In this document: positions 1 through 6,199 of the stretch, piece by piece
Layout of the letters: every line of letters begins with the position of its first letter
Position numbering within the stretch: position 1 is the first letter of the stretch
Source of the DNA: a virus
Lineage: Duplodnaviria; Heunggongvirae; Uroviricota; Caudoviricetes
Length of the DNA stretch: 9,346 bases
Strand: one strand, 5' to 3'
Virus record (IMG/VR): IMGVR_UViG_2706794670_000010
Made by a program: the position numbers and the translations under genes
The notes under the pieces: model-generated
Told to the model about the DNA's origin: nothing
The model's database searches: none
The model's input: the letters and a program-made list of their open reading frames with translations, nothing else

Positions 1-103
1 GGGACGGAAGTCGCTGTCGTTCTCAAAATCGGTGGAGCTGCATGACAAAGTCATCGGGCATTATCTGAACATAAAACACTATCAATAAGTTGGAGTCATT
101 ACC
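1..103 (+). mobile_element. IS1 insertion sequence, right (3') end; element continues left of the window
   Basis: Bases 1-103 match the IS1 3' region as I recall it, ending in the terminal inverted repeat ...ATCAATAAGTTGGAGTCATTACC at base 103. Orientation is the same as the IS1 end at 9264-9346. Confidence 0.85.
2..88 (+). CDS. insB: IS1 transposase InsB, C-terminal fragment (5' part outside the window)
   Basis: Frame 2 reads ...GRKSLSFSKSVELHDKVIGHYLNIKHYQ then TAA at 86-88, which is the InsB C-terminus. It lies inside the IS1 right end. Confidence 0.75.
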   Translation, partial: GRKSLSFSKSVELHDKVIGHYLNIKHYQ

Positions 104-235
104 AAACGGTTGAAATGTATGCCGCTACTTACGGGTCCTGTAATCCTCTGAATAAACCAGAGGGAAAAGATGATTTCGACAAAATTTACCGCTTCTTGGA
201 GGACCGCTATATCAAAAGCTTAGAGGACGCAGGGA

Positions 236-613
236 TCAAATCCCCAGTGAAGTCACCATTGTCCTGAGAACTTGCAGAACGTCATGATCATAACTTCCAT
301 CCAAACCGCGACGGCGAATTGCTTCTCGTATTACCGGAAGCAGTTCGCTGGAAATCTCGGTGCATATTTCACCTGATAATACGCTTGGCTCAAGTGAGAA
401 TATTGGTGAACTTACGGTCTTGGTCTCGACAGTTTCAGAGTCAGTGCCAACATTATAAAGCTCAACGAAAGCGGTCTTGATTTTCCGGGCCAGATCTTTT
501 GCTGGCTCGCTTGCAATATCTTTCCCGATTTCTCGCAGCACAGAATGCAATGTATGAGCTGCTGTTTTCTGTACATCAGACGGTAAATCTTTAAATTCCA
601 TCGTCAGCCTCAT
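236..613 (-). CDS. hypothetical protein in the leftward (early-left-like) prophage operon, 121-125 aa
   Basis: Open minus-strand frame from the ORF track. Two candidate starts: ATG at 613 overlapping the upstream stop (TGATG), or ATG at 601 preceded by GAGG with a 6-nt spacer. No recognisable catalytic motif. Confidence 0.5.
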   Translation of the reverse strand: MRLTMEFKDLPSDVQKTAAHTLHSVLREIGKDIASEPAKDLARKIKTAFVELYNVGTDSETVETKTVSSPIFSLEPSVLSGEICTEISSELLPVIREAIRRRGLDGSYDHDVLQVLRTMVTSLGI

Positions 614-765
614 CAGTCAGTGTTTCTGGCTAACCAGCAACGCGCGCCAGATTCGGTTTTAAACGTTTTGCTTTTGGTATACGTCATGGCGGTAAACGTT
701 CCATCCTGGTTAGGGAACACGCCGCACACCAGAGATTCGTTGTTGCCAAGATCGATAGTATCCAT
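613..765 (-). CDS. small hypothetical protein (~50 aa; MDTIDLGNNESLVCGVFPNQDGTFTAMTYTKSKTF...)
   Basis: Internal ATG at 765 is preceded by GAGG (5-nt spacer), whereas the ORF-track start at 819 has no Shine-Dalgarno. The stop overlaps the start of the next leftward gene. Size and position recall the small genes next to the Rac repressor, but I cannot confirm identity. Confidence 0.4.
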   Translation of the reverse strand: MDTIDLGNNESLVCGVFPNQDGTFTAMTYTKSKTFKTESGARCWLARNTD

Positions 766-946
766 GCTGACCTCATTTCCCCTTAACGCCGGGGTGGCGG
801 AACAAAAAACCTGCTGCATAGTTAAAGATTGAACCCTGCCGTCATGTTCTTACGCCTCGGGCTGGCTACTTAACCCCTGACCACTGTCTGGTAACTCGAA
901 GTATTGCCCTGCATTCTGTGGGGCGGGGTGGGTTGACGCCTGAAAC

Positions 947-989
947 AATAGCATCATTATTTTTTTTTGATGTAAATAGCATCGCTATT
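947..989. promoter_or_regulatory. OL-like operator pair: AATAGCATCATTATT (947-961) and the perfect 6-3-6 palindrome AATAGCATCGCTATT (975-989)
   Basis: Read directly from the sequence. The half-site AATAG(C/T) with an ATC spacer is the same as in the palindromes between the divergent repressor and cro-like genes (2085-2125). The pair sits upstream of the leftward operon starting at 765, beyond the terminator of the repressor operon. A matching -10/-35 could not be assigned confidently. Confidence 0.4.
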
Positions 990-1004
990 GTTTTTTGTTG
1001 GGGC

Positions 1005-1029
1005 AAGAAAAAACCACCCTAAGGTGGTT
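1005..1029 (-). terminator. putative intrinsic terminator for the leftward repressor/antitoxin/toxin operon
   Basis: A 7-bp stem AACCACC (1012-1018) / GGTGGTT (1023-1029) with loop CTAA. On the minus-strand transcript the hairpin is followed by UUUUCUU (complement of 1005-1011). It lies 17 bp past the toxin stop at 1046. Confidence 0.45.
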
Positions 1030-1045
1030 CTGTCGGCGGGAATAA

Positions 1046-1336
1046 TTAACTGTTTTTGCCTGGATACTGTCTTCGAGAATGCACAATATTTACTACTTCT
1101 ATGCTTGATGCTGTTACTCGGTAAAGGATGATGTAGTTAGGATGAGTTACAATTTCACGAAGACCAAGAACTCGCTCGCTTGGAGGATACAGGTAAGGAT
1201 GCTCTGTGAGCGGCAAAACGGATGTTTCAATTCGAATTTTCATTCTGCGTGCTGCCGCGGGATTTTCTTTAGCTATGTAGGCTACGATCTGGCGCAAATC
1301 ATCACGAGCAGATGGTAGCCATAAAACGGGTAACAT
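1046..1336 (-). CDS. type II toxin-antitoxin toxin, ParE/RelE superfamily (96 aa)
   Basis: Translation MLPVLWLPSARDDLRQIVAYIAKENPAAARRMKIRIE...IILYRVTASSIEVVNIVHSRRQYP has the ParE/RelE sequence pattern (N-terminal helices, C-terminal YR/VHSRR-type beta region). Its start overlaps the upstream gene's stop as TAATG. Confidence 0.8.
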   Translation of the reverse strand: MLPVLWLPSARDDLRQIVAYIAKENPAAARRMKIRIETSVLPLTEHPYLYPPSERVLGLREIVTHPNYIILYRVTASSIEVVNIVHSRRQYPGKNS

Positions 1337-1530
1337 TATTCACCTCTGTGAGTTGCAGCAGCAATTTGGGCAATAATTTGTTCCATTTCCGCCATTACCT
1401 CATCATGCGGAATCGCCGGGCGGGGATCCGCGAGGCTTGCTGCTACTTTGGCCCGCAGCCATTCGTTGTAACTATTTTCTTGCTCAACTGTCTCAAATTC
1501 TGAAACCATTGGGGAAAGGACTGTACTCAT
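1336..1530 (-). CDS. cognate antitoxin (ParD-like / CC2985-type addiction-module antidote, 64 aa)
   Basis: Small acidic protein (...EWLRAKVAASLADPRPAIPHDEVMAEMEQII...) immediately upstream of, and overlapping, the ParE-like gene. GAGGAG lies about 9 nt upstream of the ATG at 1530. Its start is 19 bp below the repressor stop. Confidence 0.7.
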   Translation of the reverse strand: MSTVLSPMVSEFETVEQENSYNEWLRAKVAASLADPRPAIPHDEVMAEMEQIIAQIAAATHRGE

Positions 1531-1549
1531 TTTACATATCTCCTCTGAT

Positions 1550-2050
1550 TTAGGCGCGACGGCCTTTTTGTGCAGCTAACCACCGCGCAACCGTACGATC
1601 CATTGATTCTTTTTTATCTTTCATCTCCTGAAGCATGTGTTCTTGATCTTCTTTCGGAAAAGCTCTGAACGTATGGATTAAATCTCGTTCCATCGGCTCT
1701 ACGGCAAACGGTAGTTCATCCTCTGTTTGTTCTGTGTCTGCTGGTAATGCGACTATGTTATCTTGCTGTGGTTCTCGACAATACATCCTTGCAATTTGCA
1801 GCAAATCTACCATGTCTGGCCTGATTGACTCAGGGGGAACTTTCAGTAAGCCAGCAAACTTTAGAACAGCCTCAAGGTTTAGTGGGGTTTGACCATTTAG
1901 GTAGTGACTTACCGCCCCTTGTGTTGAAAACCCCATAATTTCCGCCGCACGTTCCTGAGTCAATCCCAACTGAGATTTCTTTGCCATCCAGATTTCTTTC
2001 AGTCTTCTGGCGGCGTTGAGGTCGGTGTCTGACAATGATTTTCTTTTCAT
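1550..2050 (-). CDS. CI-like prophage repressor, Xre-family HTH, no S24 peptidase domain (RacR-like architecture)
   Basis: HTH segment LGLTQERAAEIMGFSTQGAVSHYLNGQ. It is divergent from the cro-like gene with operator palindromes in between. The first ATG is at 2050 (166 aa); the ORF-track start at 2080 is a GTG without a Shine-Dalgarno. The C-terminal region lacks the Ala-Gly/Ser-Lys autocleavage signature. Confidence 0.8.
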   Translation of the reverse strand: MKRKSLSDTDLNAARRLKEIWMAKKSQLGLTQERAAEIMGFSTQGAVSHYLNGQTPLNLEAVLKFAGLLKVPPESIRPDMVDLLQIARMYCREPQQDNIVALPADTEQTEDELPFAVEPMERDLIHTFRAFPKEDQEHMLQEMKDKKESMDRTVARWLAAQKGRRA

Positions 2051-2084
2051 ACATCCAATTCTAATAAGATTGCTAATCACTTTG

Positions 2085-2125
2085 AAATAGTATCACTATT
2101 TACTTTTAAAAATAACAGTGCTATT
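2085..2125. promoter_or_regulatory. OR-like operator region: palindrome AAATAGTATCACTATTT (2085-2101) and related site AATAACAGTGCTATT (2111-2125); candidate rightward promoter -35 TTTACT (2099-2104) and -10 TATTAA (2122-2127)
   Basis: Inverted repeats read directly from the 111-bp interval between the divergent repressor and cro-like genes; centres are 25 bp apart. The promoter hexamers are weak matches with a 17-bp spacer. Confidence 0.45.
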
Positions 2126-2161
2126 AATTATGCATTGGTAACACATCACATAGGGCGGATT

Positions 2162-2425
2162 ATGAATCTTGGAGAATATTTGCATCATTTTCATATAACC
2201 CAGAGTTCATTTGCTGAGATTGTTGGCGCATCCCAAGGGATGGTCAGCCACGTTATAACGGGGCGTGCAAAACTTACAGGAGAAAAAATATTACGTTGGT
2301 GTGAAGCAACGGGATGGGTGGTGACCCCACATGAGATTGACAGTAAAACCTACCCCAACCCAACTGACGGCTTGCCTGCTGAGTTTCAGGCTAACACACA
2401 ACCATCGGCGGGGGTTGATTCATGA
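2162..2425 (+). CDS. Cro-like / YdaS-like HTH regulator (~87 aa)
   Basis: HTH segment SSFAEIVGASQGMVSHVITGRAKLTGEK. It is the first rightward gene opposite the repressor. ATG at 2162 is preferred over the in-frame TTG at 2135. Its stop overlaps the next start as ATGA. Confidence 0.7.
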   Translation: MNLGEYLHHFHITQSSFAEIVGASQGMVSHVITGRAKLTGEKILRWCEATGWVVTPHEIDSKTYPNPTDGLPAEFQANTQPSAGVDS

Positions 2426-2847
2426 AAATCAAGCATGAACACATCCGCATGGCGATGAAAGCCTGGGCGCATCCGGACGGTGAAAAAGTTCCGGCAGCTG
2501 AAATAACCAGGGTTTATTTCGAACTGGGAATGACGTTTCCGGTTCTGCATAACGACAGCAAGCACAACACGCTTTATCTCAACACCCAAAAGATTTTCCG
2601 TTGGCTGGATAAAGACACCCCTGACGCTGTTGAAAAAATTCAGGCGTTGTTACCTGCGATCGAAAGGGCAATGCCACCTCCGCTGGTGGCTCGAATGCGC
2701 AGCCACAGTTCAGCTTATTTTCGGGAACTGGTGGAGACGCATGAACGACTGGTGAGAGACGCTGATGATTTTGTCGCAGTGGCAATCGCCGGTTTCAATC
2801 AGATGAACCGTGGTGGCCCGGCAGGAAATGCTGTGGCAGTACATTGA
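2422..2847 (+). CDS. YdaT-like (CII-analogue) prophage regulator, 141 aa
   Basis: Begins MKIKHEHI..., which I recall as characteristic of the YdaT family of Rac-type prophages. It sits in the cII position and is translationally coupled to the cro-like gene. Confidence 0.65.
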   Translation: MKIKHEHIRMAMKAWAHPDGEKVPAAEITRVYFELGMTFPVLHNDSKHNTLYLNTQKIFRWLDKDTPDAVEKIQALLPAIERAMPPPLVARMRSHSSAYFRELVETHERLVRDADDFVAVAIAGFNQMNRGGPAGNAVAVH

Positions 2848-2918
2848 CTGACAATAGCCATATCGAATCGCTCCCGGCAACTCGTGAGTAAAAAGATTCG
2901 GTATCAGAAGAGGTGAGT

Positions 2919-3593
2919 ATGGCTAACGCCTGGCTCAGATTATGGCATGACATGCCAAATGACCCTAAGTGGCGAACAATTGCCAGGGTGTCAGGGCAGC
3001 CAATTGCAACAGTGATGGCAGTGTATATCCACCTCCTGGNNNNNNNNNNNNNNNNNNNNNNNNNNNNNNNNNNNNNNNNNNNNNNNNNNNNNNNNNNNNN
3101 NNNNNNNNNNNNNNNNNNNNNNNNNNNNNNNNNNNNNNNNNNNNNNNNNNNNNNNNNNNNNNNNNNNNNNNNNNNNNNNNNNNNNNNNNNNNNNNNNNNN
3201 NNNNNNNNNNNNNNNNNNNNNNNNNNNNNNNNNNNNNNNNNNNNNNNNNNNNNNNNNNNNNNNNNNNNNNNNNNNNNNNNNNNNNNNNNACAAAATGGCG
3301 ATTGTCACGGCGCGTCACGAAATGTCACGCACATGTCACGACGAGTCACGACAGATACAGATAAAGATACAGATAAAGAAGATCAAAACACTATGGTCCA
3401 TGGCGTAAAAAACGCCACGAACCAGGCAGGGGATGTTCAGACCGTCAATCCTGGTCAGCCAGCAGGCTCGACACCGGAAGCCGATTCAGCGTATGCGCTG
3501 AAAGCCGATTCGGGCGCTGTGCAGCAGGTGATGACCGCAAGGCCGGAGCAATCACTCCAACTGCAGCAGCCTGAAGCCGATTCCGCCATTCAG
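2919..3593 (+). CDS. phage replication initiator (O-like / replisome organiser), partial: interrupted by masked run 3040-3289 and running into masked run 3594-3859
   Basis: ATG at 2919 is preceded by GAGGTGAG. The N-terminus MANAWLRLWHDMPNDPKWRTIARVSGQPIATVMAVYIHLL is typical of phage replication-initiator N-domains. The frame stays open through the visible stretch 3290-3593, which holds the iterons and a low-complexity linker. The true 3' end is not visible. Confidence 0.6.
3040..3289. other. N-masked run (250 nt), sequence unknown
   Basis: Run of n characters. ORF-track proteins crossing it are X-filled and uninformative. Confidence 1.
3304..3377 (+). repeat. candidate replication-origin iterons inside the initiator gene: GTCACG x5 phased at 10-11 bp (3304, 3314, 3324, 3335, 3345), then 12-bp direct repeat GATACAGATAAA x2 (3354-3365, 3366-3377)
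   Basis: Read directly from the sequence. Helical-period phasing of a short motif followed by an A-rich stretch inside the initiator gene parallels the lambda arrangement, where ori lies within O. The upstream extent is hidden by masking. Confidence 0.55.
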
Positions 3594-3859
3594 NNNNNNN
3601 NNNNNNNNNNNNNNNNNNNNNNNNNNNNNNNNNNNNNNNNNNNNNNNNNNNNNNNNNNNNNNNNNNNNNNNNNNNNNNNNNNNNNNNNNNNNNNNNNNNN
3701 NNNNNNNNNNNNNNNNNNNNNNNNNNNNNNNNNNNNNNNNNNNNNNNNNNNNNNNNNNNNNNNNNNNNNNNNNNNNNNNNNNNNNNNNNNNNNNNNNNNN
3801 NNNNNNNNNNNNNNNNNNNNNNNNNNNNNNNNNNNNNNNNNNNNNNNNNNNNNNNNNNN
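3594..3859. other. N-masked run (266 nt), sequence unknown; hides the end of the initiator gene and/or the start of the helicase-loader gene
   Basis: Run of n characters. Confidence 1.
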
Positions 3860-3898
3860 TGTGAATCATATTTCTGAACCGGATACCGAAATTCCGCC

Positions 3899-3919
3899 NN
3901 NNNNNNNNNNNNNNNNNNN
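3899..3919. other. N-masked run (21 nt)
   Basis: Run of n characters. Confidence 1.
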
Positions 3920-3921
3920 CT

Positions 3922-4386
3922 GACGAACTGATGACCGGGTGCACGAATTTTGTGTTCAGCGGTAAAACCGGCACCGGGAAAAATCACCTTGCAGCGGCGA
4001 TGGGTAACCGGCTGATGGCGAAGGGGCGCAGCGTGATTATCGTCACCGAGTCTGATGTCATGAGCGTGTTGCATGACAGCTACGACAACGGCAAATCCGG
4101 TGAAAAATTTTTACAGGAGCTTTGCGGGGTTGATTTGCTGGTCCTGGATGAAATAGGCATTCAGCGGGAGACGAAAAACGAGCAGGTGGTATTGCACCAG
4201 ATAATTGATCGCCGGACAGCATCACTGTGCAGTGTCGGGATGTTAACAAACCTGAATCATGCCGCAATGAGCACGCTTCTTGGTGAGAGGATTATGGACC
4301 GCATGACCATGAACGGTTGTCGGTGGGTGACGTTTAACTGGGATAGCTGGCGTTCAAATGTCAGCTTTCCGGGAGTTGTGAAGTAA
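3922..4386 (+). CDS. DnaC-like helicase loader (IstB-like AAA+ ATPase), C-terminal ~155 aa visible; 5' part lies in masked sequence
   Basis: Walker A FSGKTGTGKNHLAAA and Walker B LLVLDEIG, and the visible stretch follows my recalled DnaC sequence closely. The frame is open upstream into the N-run, and ATG at 3931 would sit only 10 residues before the Walker A, so the real start is upstream. Stop at 4384-4386. Confidence 0.8.
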   Translation, partial: DELMTGCTNFVFSGKTGTGKNHLAAAMGNRLMAKGRSVIIVTESDVMSVLHDSYDNGKSGEKFLQELCGVDLLVLDEIGIQRETKNEQVVLHQIIDRRTASLCSVGMLTNLNHAAMSTLLGERIMDRMTMNGCRWVTFNWDSWRSNVSFPGVVK

Positions 4387-4407
4387 TTTTTGTTGGAGGA
4401 TGTTTTA

Positions 4408-5133
4408 ATGGAAACTGTATTTGACGCACTGAAAGCACTGAAAAGAGCCTCTTCACATGTGGTGGCGTCCCGCCTTGGAATCAGCCGTGAAGATGCGGTC
4501 AACGAACTGTGGAAACTGAAGCGCCGTGGTGAAGCGGATAACAAGGGTTCGATGTGGTGGCTGATTCAGGCTGGTGAAAGTGAACCAGTGTCACCGGTAC
4601 CGAAAGTGACAGCGCAAATGCTGACTGAGGCGATTGAACAACATGGCCCACAAACGGCGGATGAGCTGGCACTGATGTTCGGGATTACCTCCCGCCGGGC
4701 GAATTCATCGCTGGCCATGGCAATCAGCAAAGGGCGTCTGATTCGCGTGAATCAGGGCGGTAAATTTCGGTACTGCATACCGGGCGCTGATTTACCGGCA
4801 GAGCCGAAAGCCGCATCCATAGCGGAAACGGATGGTAAAGTCTTTCCTCAGCCAGCAGGTGTTGCGTTACCGGTACAGGAAGCTGCAACACAGGAAGAAA
4901 TTAAAACAGAAACTGTGGCGGACATTGTGCAGTCGTTGCCATCGTTCACCGAAACGCAAGCGGATGACCTGGTTTTACCATCGCTGCATATGGCAAACCG
5001 CGAACTGCGTCGGGCGAAAAGTCATGTCCAGAAGTGGGAGCGTGTCTGCGCCGCGTTGCGGGAGCTGAACAAGCACCGGGATATTGTTCGACAGATTGTC
5101 GATTCCTCCGGTCGTATTGTGTCGGAAAAGTGA
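4408..5133 (+). CDS. hypothetical phage protein, 241 aa, two tandem winged-helix-like segments plus acidic linker and helical C-terminus
   Basis: GGAGGA lies 7 nt upstream of ATG 4408; the ORF-track start at 4390 is a TTG. Segments [22 protein letters not shown] and [28 protein letters not shown] look like wHTH recognition regions. Family not identified. Confidence 0.6.
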   Translation: METVFDALKALKRASSHVVASRLGISREDAVNELWKLKRRGEADNKGSMWWLIQAGESEPVSPVPKVTAQMLTEAIEQHGPQTADELALMFGITSRRANSSLAMAISKGRLIRVNQGGKFRYCIPGADLPAEPKAASIAETDGKVFPQPAGVALPVQEAATQEEIKTETVADIVQSLPSFTETQADDLVLPSLHMANRELRRAKSHVQKWERVCAALRELNKHRDIVRQIVDSSGRIVSEK

Positions 5134-5148
5134 TTGCCGGGGGCGCTT

Positions 5149-5571
5149 ATGGCAAAAGTATTTACACAGGAAGAGCGGGAAAAAATTAAGGGGCAGGTTG
5201 TTGAACTCGTACGCCAGAGTGGGCGCGAGACGTTACGACAACTGGAAGCTAAAACCGGGGCGACAAGATATTTAATAAGCGTTCTCGCCAGAGAGCTGGT
5301 TGCCAGTGGGGATGTATACAACTCTGGCTACGGGTTATTCCCGTCTGAACAGGCTCGTAAGGACTGGCAAAACGCCCGCAAAAAACTCTCGAGGGCAAAG
5401 CTGAAGAAACCATCTGTGGTTGATCCGGACCTTATCTGGTCATTACCGGACGGAGAAATACGCCGCTACGACAGACATCAGAACATAATCTGTCGCGAGT
5501 GCCGGAAGAGTGAAGTTATGCAGCGTGTACCGGCTTTCTATCAGGGTGATTTTCAGGAGGCGGTACTGTGA
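5149..5571 (+). CDS. hypothetical protein, 140 aa, N-terminal winged-helix-like segment, C-terminal CxxC
   Basis: ATG at 5149 is preceded by GGGGG (5-nt spacer) and follows the previous stop by 15 nt. Contains ETLRQLEAKTGATRYLISVLARELVASGDV and CRECRK. Confidence 0.55.
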   Translation: MAKVFTQEEREKIKGQVVELVRQSGRETLRQLEAKTGATRYLISVLARELVASGDVYNSGYGLFPSEQARKDWQNARKKLSRAKLKKPSVVDPDLIWSLPDGEIRRYDRHQNIICRECRKSEVMQRVPAFYQGDFQEAVL

Positions 5572-5628
5572 GTGAAATTAGCTATCAGGCTTCAATTACC
5601 GCTGGCATTCGCATCAAAGGAGAGGAGC

Positions 5629-5985
5629 ATGGAAATAAAACCAGAAGATGAGTTAAGCAATATTGTTTTATTTCCGGTAAAAGAGGATAACCCTCGTAAT
5701 CAGGTTAATTTTCTTTATGAGCCATCGGAAAGACCATATTGCCATCACGCTTCTGTCCGGGTTGACGAAAAAGAGCGTCAGGTCCGCTGTAAAATTTGCG
5801 GTGCAGTTGTGGAGCCATTTGACTGGATGCTCTCTGTGGCGAAAAGAGAAACCAGACTGGCAGATGATGTAAGGCTCTTGCGCCAGGAGGAGCGGGAAAG
5901 GCGAAAAAATATAGAAAAGCTAATCCAGATTGAGCGTAATGCGAAAGCGCGGATACGCAGGGTGACAAAATATAGCCCCGAATAA
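5629..5985 (+). CDS. hypothetical protein, 118 aa, putative zinc ribbon (CHH...CKIC) with basic coiled-coil C-terminus
   Basis: Strong Shine-Dalgarno AGGAGAGGAG at 5617-5626 before ATG 5629; the ORF-track start at 5572 is a GTG directly after the previous stop. Cys/His spacing CHH-x17-CxxC. Confidence 0.55.
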   Translation: MEIKPEDELSNIVLFPVKEDNPRNQVNFLYEPSERPYCHHASVRVDEKERQVRCKICGAVVEPFDWMLSVAKRETRLADDVRLLRQEERERRKNIEKLIQIERNAKARIRRVTKYSPE

Positions 5986-6124
5986 TCAAGGTTATTTCTG
6001 GAAGTCAAGTCGTGAGTGATGAGGACTAACAAATACGGTGAACTCGATAAAGAGATTCAGGACGAACTGGAGGCCAGGAATGATTGACAAATCACCAAGT
6101 GAGTTCAGCTACAAAGATTTATTG

Positions 6125-6140
6125 TCATAACGGGTTATGA
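6125..6140. promoter_or_regulatory. perfect inverted repeat TCATAAC-GG-GTTATGA upstream of the methyltransferase gene (possible operator or RNA hairpin)
   Basis: Read directly from the sequence, 60-110 bp upstream of the candidate methyltransferase starts. Function is not established. Confidence 0.2.
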
Positions 6141-6199
6141 GATCGACTTGGTGCGTGATATTCTTCGGGCCAGTTTGCTATGCGCCACCATGAGATGTT

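Noticed and set aside
1-103. First impression that the window start resembled a lambda attP or integrase 3' region
   Set aside because: The sequence matches the IS1 right end and InsB C-terminus (...SVELHDKVIGHYLNIKHYQ), and a matching IS1 left end appears at 9264-9346. No integrase is present in the window.
620-832. Plus-strand ORF (70 aa) antisense to the small leftward gene
   Set aside because: Fully overlaps a better-supported minus-strand gene with a Shine-Dalgarno and operon context, and has no ribosome-binding site.
1312-2054. ORFs 1312..1503 (+) and 1872..2054 (-) overlapping the antitoxin and repressor genes
   Set aside because: Antisense or alternate-frame shadows of the toxin-antitoxin and repressor genes, with no independent support.
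2386-2785. Minus-strand ORFs 2386..2589 and 2579..2785 inside the YdaT-like gene
   Set aside because: Antisense to a motif-supported, translationally coupled plus-strand gene.
2162-2847. Calling the Cro-like/YdaT-like pair a toxin-antitoxin system
   Set aside because: Position, HTH content and coupling fit Cro/CII-type regulators opposite the repressor. As far as I recall, the toxicity of Rac homologues has been attributed to derepressed regulator expression rather than to a true toxin-antitoxin pair. The real toxin-antitoxin pair in this window is at 1046-1530.
3304-3377. Possible CRISPR array suggested by the short direct repeats
   Set aside because: The repeat unit is only 6-12 bp with 10-bp phasing, lies inside a coding frame, and has no spacers of CRISPR length or cas genes. 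It fits origin iterons.
2913-4074. ORF-track entries crossing the masked runs (2913..3923 +, 2965..3318 -, 2991..3308 -, 2969..3364 +, 3445..4074 -, 3552..3974 -)
   Set aside because: These are held open only by X-coded N-runs. Just the visible in-frame stretches consistent with the initiator and DnaC-like genes were used.
4058-5321. ORFs 4058..4267 (-), 4257..4544 (-), 4832..5068 (+), 5022..5321 (-), 5084..5275 (+)
   Set aside because: Overlap the DnaC-like and hypothetical genes on the opposite strand or in another frame. Several are Arg/Ser/Cys-rich in the way typical of off-frame translation.
5705-6032. Minus-strand ORFs 5705..5989 and 5778..6032
   Set aside because: Antisense to the 5629-5985 gene, which has a strong Shine-Dalgarno.
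6084-6112. Strong promoter call from the perfect TTGACA at 6084-6089
   Set aside because: No acceptable -10 hexamer at 16-18 bp spacing (AGCTAC at 6107-6112), so it is kept only as a low-confidence observation.
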